A DNA stretch of 64,000 nt from Candidatus Heimdallarchaeota archaeon (GTDB lineage Archaea > Asgardarchaeota > Heimdallarchaeia > Heimdallarchaeales > Heimdallarchaeaceae), in contig JAEOSZ010000095.1 in the NCBI GenBank assembly GCA_016840095.1, positions 32,001-96,000 of the forward strand, written 5' to 3'. Positions 59,060-64,000 of the stretch are shown here, one piece after another. The notes below the pieces were generated by a model. That model made no database searches, was not told where the DNA came from, and worked only from the letters and a program-made list of their open reading frames with translations. Position 1 is the stretch's first letter, and each line of letters starts with the position of its first letter. A program made the position numbers and the translations under genes.

Positions 59060-60031
59060 TTATTTTATTTCCACATAAGAACTAGATCTCTTTTCAGGTT
59101 TGACCATAGAAGAATCTGCATAATAGTGAAATAAACCATCTTTATTGGTAAAAGCTGCACATTTGCCGTTTTTATCCAATGAGATTATGTGTAGTACTCC
59201 TTCTTCTTTGAGCTGTTTTAGTTCTAAAATTCCCATTTTTGTTGCTTCATCAAGCGGTATGTTTCTTTGAACTCTATCAACAACTAAACGAGTTGTAGAT
59301 AAACGAATTGCTAATTCTCCAGTTCCAGTGCAAGCTGATCCTGCAGTATTTGAGCAATATATTCCTGCACCAAATATTGGGGAATCTCCTACTCTTCCAG
59401 GAAATTTCATAGCTAATCCTGATGTTGAAACACCAACAGCTAAATTACCTTCCATATCTAAAGCAATAACATTGGTTGTCCCATGTCTGTCAAAACTTAG
59501 TTTTCGATACCATTCTCGAACTGAATAGTCTTCCATAACTTCCTTGAGATGGTCATCAAATCTCATAAAAAGTTCTCTGACCAAAGTTTGAGCTTCAAGA
59601 GGCATTTCCAGACTTTTTCCTTCCATTATATTGTGGTAATTTCTGATACCTAGTTCATCAATAATTTGTTCTTCTTGATAACCCAGAGCTCTAGCAAATT
59701 TCTCTGCCCCTTCACCTACTAACATTACATGAGGACTGATATCCATAACTTTTCTAGCTATAGATATGGGATGACGAAAATTCTTCACAGCCGCTACAGA
59801 GCCAGCATTCCTTGTCTTGCCATCCATAATTGAAGCATCTAGTTCAACAATTCCCTGAAGATTAGGAAAACCATTGAAACCTACTGTTATGTCATAAGGA
59901 TTGTTTTCAATTAATTTGATACTCTCTTCAACTGCATCTAAAGCAGTACCTCCTTCTTGCAGAATTTTCAATCCGGTTGGTAAGCCTATGTCTGAATTAC
60001 GAGTACCACAAATTGCATAATCATGATTCAT
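59060..60031 (-). CDS. Isoaspartyl peptidase / glycosylasparaginase (asparaginase 2, Ntn hydrolase)
   Basis: ELDASIMDG, HGT cleavage site, STSG, GRVGDSP and TGTGE motifs. Confidence 0.92.
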   Translation of the reverse strand: MNHDYAICGTRNSDIGLPTGLKILQEGGTALDAVEESIKLIENNPYDITVGFNGFPNLQGIVELDASIMDGKTRNAGSVAAVKNFRHPISIARKVMDISPHVMLVGEGAEKFARALGYQEEQIIDELGIRNYHNIMEGKSLEMPLEAQTLVRELFMRFDDHLKEVMEDYSVREWYRKLSFDRHGTTNVIALDMEGNLAVGVSTSGLAMKFPGRVGDSPIFGAGIYCSNTAGSACTGTGELAIRLSTTRLVVDRVQRNIPLDEATKMGILELKQLKEEGVLHIISLDKNGKCAAFTNKDGLFHYYADSSMVKPEKRSSSYVEIK

Positions 60032-60163
60032 TAATTGTTAAAAATAAAAAGGAAATAAAAATACATCTGTTGAGTTATGTATGTTGATTATCAAAATTCC
60101 AAGAAAAAAGATAATATTCTAAAAACATAATTTTAAGAACGATAGAGATTCTTCTAACACAAC

Positions 60164-60943
60164 ATGTCAGATTTAATTGTAGAAACACATCAATTGTCTA
60201 AGCAGTTTAAATTTCTTCTAGCTGTTGATGGAGTGAATCTGAAGATACAACGAGGTAAGATTTATGCTTTACTTGGACCAAACGGGGCAGGTAAGACAAC
60301 TACTATTAGAATGCTATTAGGTCTTCTGAAACCCACTTTTGGAAGCATCAATGTTAATGGAATTGATGTGGTTTCAGATCCGAAAGCTATCAGAGGAAAG
60401 ATCGGACTATTACCTCAATTTTCCGCAGCATACTATGATTTAACACCTATGCAGAATATCCAATTCATTTTGGAAATGAATGGTCTTTCATATGAAGAAG
60501 TTAGTCAAACATTAGGAAACTATTTTCATACTCTGAATATAACACATGAGCTTCTGAATAAACCGTTTTCTAAACTGTCTGGAGGCGAACAAAGATCAAT
60601 TAGCTTTATTATGGCTATAATAACAAACAAGGAGTTTTTGGTGCTTGACGAACCCACTTCTGGTCTCGATATAGCTCGAGCTAAATACATTAGATCTATT
60701 ATTAAGAAAATTGTAGAAGAAGAGGGTAAAACCATTCTTCTATCTTCTCATATTGTTTCAGATTTGGAAGAACTTGCTGATTATTGTGGGATTCTTAAAC
60801 AAGGGAAATTAATCTTCCAAGGAAAGAAAGAGGAAATTATAAACGCATATGCTCCTGATACTCAGGTATTTGAAGATGCTATAATTAAAGCATTTGAAAC
60901 ACCAATAGCTAGTTCTCAAGTTAGAAAGGAGGGAACTTTATGA
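60164..60943 (+). CDS. ABC-2 transporter ATP-binding subunit
   Basis: GPNGAGKTT, LSGGE, LDEPTSGLD and SSH motifs. Confidence 0.95.
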   Translation: MSDLIVETHQLSKQFKFLLAVDGVNLKIQRGKIYALLGPNGAGKTTTIRMLLGLLKPTFGSINVNGIDVVSDPKAIRGKIGLLPQFSAAYYDLTPMQNIQFILEMNGLSYEEVSQTLGNYFHTLNITHELLNKPFSKLSGGEQRSISFIMAIITNKEFLVLDEPTSGLDIARAKYIRSIIKKIVEEEGKTILLSSHIVSDLEELADYCGILKQGKLIFQGKKEEIINAYAPDTQVFEDAIIKAFETPIASSQVRKEGTL

Positions 60944-62139
60944 GCAAAGAAAAGGGTATAAGTCAGCTCAAAACATTGCTGAAAAAAGATTTGAGATTAT
61001 TATTCAGAAAACGAGTTGCTATTTTTGTATTTGGAGGACCTTTTATTATGATGTTTTTACTGATCGGATTACCATCTCTCTTCAGTTCCCAGCAGACATC
61101 TTCCCTTCTAATCTGTAGTGATGATTTGGGTTATTCTTCAACAAATATCGGAGATTCGATAATAGGCAATATATCTTATTATTTCTTATCTGAATCTACA
61201 ATAGATGTGGAAGAAGTTGCTAATTTATCTGCTGTAACCTATACTTCTGATTTCGGTTTATATATACCTTCTAACTTTTCTGAATTAGCTTACACTGATC
61301 TACCAACGTATTATATTGTGGATGCAACACAATCACTTTTCTCAGAAAGTATCTTCACAACAATTAGAAGTATTGCAAACAGTGTGATTGCTACTACTCT
61401 TGCCAACAGGACCATTCCGCCCATAAACCAAGGTGAGATTGCTCCTGCTTCAATACCTGAAGAACTACTTTTAGGACCAAAAGCTGCTTCTGTTGCTTTA
61501 CCTCTAAGTTATATGATTTTTCTTTTAATAGCACTAAATTCTGGTTCTTATACAAGTATTGGTTTTGCTAGAGAAAAACGAATGAGAACTATGGAAGTTC
61601 TTCTAGCTTACACTCATCGACATCGTAATCTAGTAATTTCAAAAACAATTACTGGTTTAGTAGCTTCATTAGGGTCAACCTTATCTTATGTACTTGGTAT
61701 CCTTGCAGCTACACAAATTTCTGGAGCAAGTTTTAACAGTATCTTTGAGATATTTGGGTTAAATTTAGGACTGCTGCATGCTGGTGATATAATAGTTTTA
61801 TTCCTTTTTTCAGTATTGGCATTACTTATTTCTCTATTGATTACTATGGCTATAGACAGCAATTTAGTGAGAGAAGCTTCAGAGAGAATATCTCCTTTAG
61901 TATCTATTGGATTAGCAATGTTTTTCTACTTTAGTGCAGTATCAAGCCCTCTAAGTGCATCTAATGCTTCAATGATTAATCCATTTTTCTGGTGTTATAG
62001 GTCAAGTCTACTAATAATATCTGGGAAATTTAGTGCAGAAGTTATAATTTATCCATTGTTGATTATTTCTCTAATAACAGTATTAATTTTCTTTTCCACT
62101 AAAGGTATACAAAAGGAAAAAACACTGTATCTAGAATAA
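60940..62139 (+). CDS. ABC-2 transporter permease
   Basis: ATGA overlap with the ATPase gene; EKRMRTMEVLL motif; about 6 TM. Confidence 0.9.
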   Translation: MSKEKGISQLKTLLKKDLRLLFRKRVAIFVFGGPFIMMFLLIGLPSLFSSQQTSSLLICSDDLGYSSTNIGDSIIGNISYYFLSESTIDVEEVANLSAVTYTSDFGLYIPSNFSELAYTDLPTYYIVDATQSLFSESIFTTIRSIANSVIATTLANRTIPPINQGEIAPASIPEELLLGPKAASVALPLSYMIFLLIALNSGSYTSIGFAREKRMRTMEVLLAYTHRHRNLVISKTITGLVASLGSTLSYVLGILAATQISGASFNSIFEIFGLNLGLLHAGDIIVLFLFSVLALLISLLITMAIDSNLVREASERISPLVSIGLAMFFYFSAVSSPLSASNASMINPFFWCYRSSLLIISGKFSAEVIIYPLLIISLITVLIFFSTKGIQKEKTLYLE

Positions 62140-62168
62140 AAGAATTCTTTCTTCTTTTTTCTTACTTT

Positions 62169-62651
62169 TTATGTGATTTTATCAATTCCTAACCAGATTA
62201 AAACCAAAATAACATCTATTGCAGTTGCTATGAGAAAACCAATAAACGTAAATAGAAGAGAATACAAAATTTGATGTCTGAAGTGCTTTAGAGTCTCTAA
62301 TGATTTATCACTTGATTCAGGTATATTCTTCAGTTTTCTATATCTGATCCCATAAACAGTAAAAATACTAGCCATAATGATGTTGAAAAGAATTACAAAA
62401 ATATCAACTGATCGAATCTGTATGAAAGTGGAAGTCCAGAACCCATAAATGGCAGCCATTGCAAAGAAAGGTACTCCGATAAAATAAGGTATAATGAACC
62501 GGTTGTTAATCTCTTCCCAAAAGGAAACTACATCCTCACCACATCTTGGACAAATATAATCCTGCTCAACTGTTTTTTTTGTGGCAAATTGAGGAAAAAA
62601 AGCTGCTTTTTTGCATTTGACACAATAATGAGTCCTATGAACAAATTTCAT
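62169..62651 (-). CDS. Zn-ribbon membrane protein
   Basis: CVKC..CPRCG followed by three TMs. Confidence 0.7.
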   Translation of the reverse strand: MKFVHRTHYCVKCKKAAFFPQFATKKTVEQDYICPRCGEDVVSFWEEINNRFIIPYFIGVPFFAMAAIYGFWTSTFIQIRSVDIFVILFNIIMASIFTVYGIRYRKLKNIPESSDKSLETLKHFRHQILYSLLFTFIGFLIATAIDVILVLIWLGIDKIT

Positions 62652-62674
62652 ACCCTCAAATAGGTAAGGTCATT

Positions 62675-63970
62675 TTAACTGTTTCGAAGAGGGTTCAATC
62701 GAGAACTTTTTCTTTCTTTCAATGCTAGTATGAATACAGGAATCATTGCTATTATTCTTAAACAAGTGATAATGATTAAGAAGTTTCTAAGGAAGAGATC
62801 AAAACTCTCCAATGAAAGATCTAAGAATTTTGCAAATACTCCTGTTGAGAAATCGGATATTAGTGATTTGGAAACCAGAGATACACTTGTTTTTGTGAAA
62901 TGTTCGAATATTAAACCTGAGATAAAAGATCCTCCGAAGGTCAAAATTCCCAGAAATAGATTGTATGTTCCACTATATGTACCCTTAATTTCAGGTTCAG
63001 CAAGATTGAGAATTTCTGTATTGAGTGCAGGATTGACCAAACCATTTCCAAGACCTCCGAAGAAGTTAGTTATTATGATAAGTGCCCAATGAGTACTATA
63101 TGCTAAGGTAATCGGTACTAAACAGAGTGACATAAAACCAATGAAAATCATGGTTCTTCTACCTATTCTTTCTGCAATTTTAATGGTAAGAATATATCCT
63201 AAAGCCATACTTGCTGAAAATACAGCTGACAGTATTGCTACTGCTGCAGTACTAGGTTCCAATCTACTAAGAACAAATGGAGATAAAGGCCATAGTAAAC
63301 TCATTGCTAGAAAATATGTCCATGTAGCACCACTGAAAATGACAAAAGATCTATTTTGAACCAGTCTTCTAAGTGGGACAGATTTTCTTTTAATTTTCAT
63401 TCTGTTTGTTTCGGATAAGGTTAGTATCAGTAAAGCTGCTAGAGCAAAAAATAAAGCTGCGACAAGAACCATTACTCTGTATTTTGTTTCAAGTTCTGTG
63501 TTTTTGAACTGGATAGCATCTGTGACAAATCCAAGAATAAGGAGTAACCCTGAAGAAGCTAAGGTTCCTACCATACTTAATTGGCTTATGACTTTTGATC
63601 TTGTTTTTTCAGTTGTAATATCACCCATAAGAGCATTCCAAGATGGAATAACCATACTAATACCAATTGAATACAAACCAATAATGACCATAAAAATAAC
63701 AGGTGATGTTAGAAAAGCAAGAGTCAATGTGCTTACTGTAGCAATAATGAAACCCAATAGTAGAATTAATTTTCTACCAATTCTATCAGATAGACGTCCA
63801 AAAAATCCTTGAAAAAGAGCTGATCCCAAATTCTGGATAGCTGTGATAAAAGACATTTGTATTGGTGTTGCTCCAACACCTACAGCTATTAAGGTAGCAT
63901 AATTCCAGTAAAACTGTTGACCCCCAGCATTTGCAGCAGCAATTGTGTAGGTCTTCAATTTGTCTTTCAT
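62675..63970 (-). CDS. MFS transporter
   Basis: GRLSDRIGRK and AERIGRR motifs; about 12 TM. Confidence 0.92.
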   Translation of the reverse strand: MKDKLKTYTIAAANAGGQQFYWNYATLIAVGVGATPIQMSFITAIQNLGSALFQGFFGRLSDRIGRKLILLLGFIIATVSTLTLAFLTSPVIFMVIIGLYSIGISMVIPSWNALMGDITTEKTRSKVISQLSMVGTLASSGLLLILGFVTDAIQFKNTELETKYRVMVLVAALFFALAALLILTLSETNRMKIKRKSVPLRRLVQNRSFVIFSGATWTYFLAMSLLWPLSPFVLSRLEPSTAAVAILSAVFSASMALGYILTIKIAERIGRRTMIFIGFMSLCLVPITLAYSTHWALIIITNFFGGLGNGLVNPALNTEILNLAEPEIKGTYSGTYNLFLGILTFGGSFISGLIFEHFTKTSVSLVSKSLISDFSTGVFAKFLDLSLESFDLFLRNFLIIITCLRIIAMIPVFILALKERKSSRLNPLRNS

Positions 63971-64000
63971 GATTGATTTATCTTCAGATAAATCTTCGTC

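Noticed and set aside
405-63812. Many short antisense or overlapping ORFs in the track (e.g. 405..602, 7967..8311, 12645..12977, 36984..37169, 55425..55742, 62730..63092)
   Set aside because: They are shadows of well-supported genes or of the tRNA, with Ser/Ile/Phe-biased composition and no motifs.
1-64000. CRISPR array, rRNA or provirus
   Set aside because: No regularly spaced repeats, rRNA-like tract, integrase or capsid genes seen.

Overview
AT-rich, gene-dense archaeal chromosome segment. The gene content points to an Asgard archaeon, probably Heimdallarchaeia (inference from a Rab-like GTPase, longin/roadblock- and DENN-like domains, RING, PCI and C2H2 domains, Cdc6/Orc1, AMP phosphorylase, an intron-containing tRNA and GGTGA-type RBSs). 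It holds about 60 CDSs: housekeeping and metabolic genes, a six-gene TusA/DsrE/SQR sulfur-relay operon, and many eukaryote-signature-like proteins. Two genes missing from the ORF track were read directly: a partial TPR gene at the left edge and a DUF123/GIY-YIG gene. Also found were a tRNA-Pro(GGG) with two introns and a solo TnpB element with a rearranged RuvC site, inverted end motifs and omegaRNA-like hairpins. The best candidates for undescribed systems are: (1) a catalytically eroded CofD/YvcK domain fused to a PCI winged helix and a C2H2 finger, next to an Rpn6-like solenoid; (2) a surface vWA protein co-transcribed with a single-pass transmembrane RING protein; (3) a 7TM-longin fusion, a DENN-like protein and three pseudo-GTPases near a Rab; (4) an RRE-radical SAM-SPASM enzyme with an adjacent 61-aa peptide. 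All domain calls are by eye, without database searches.
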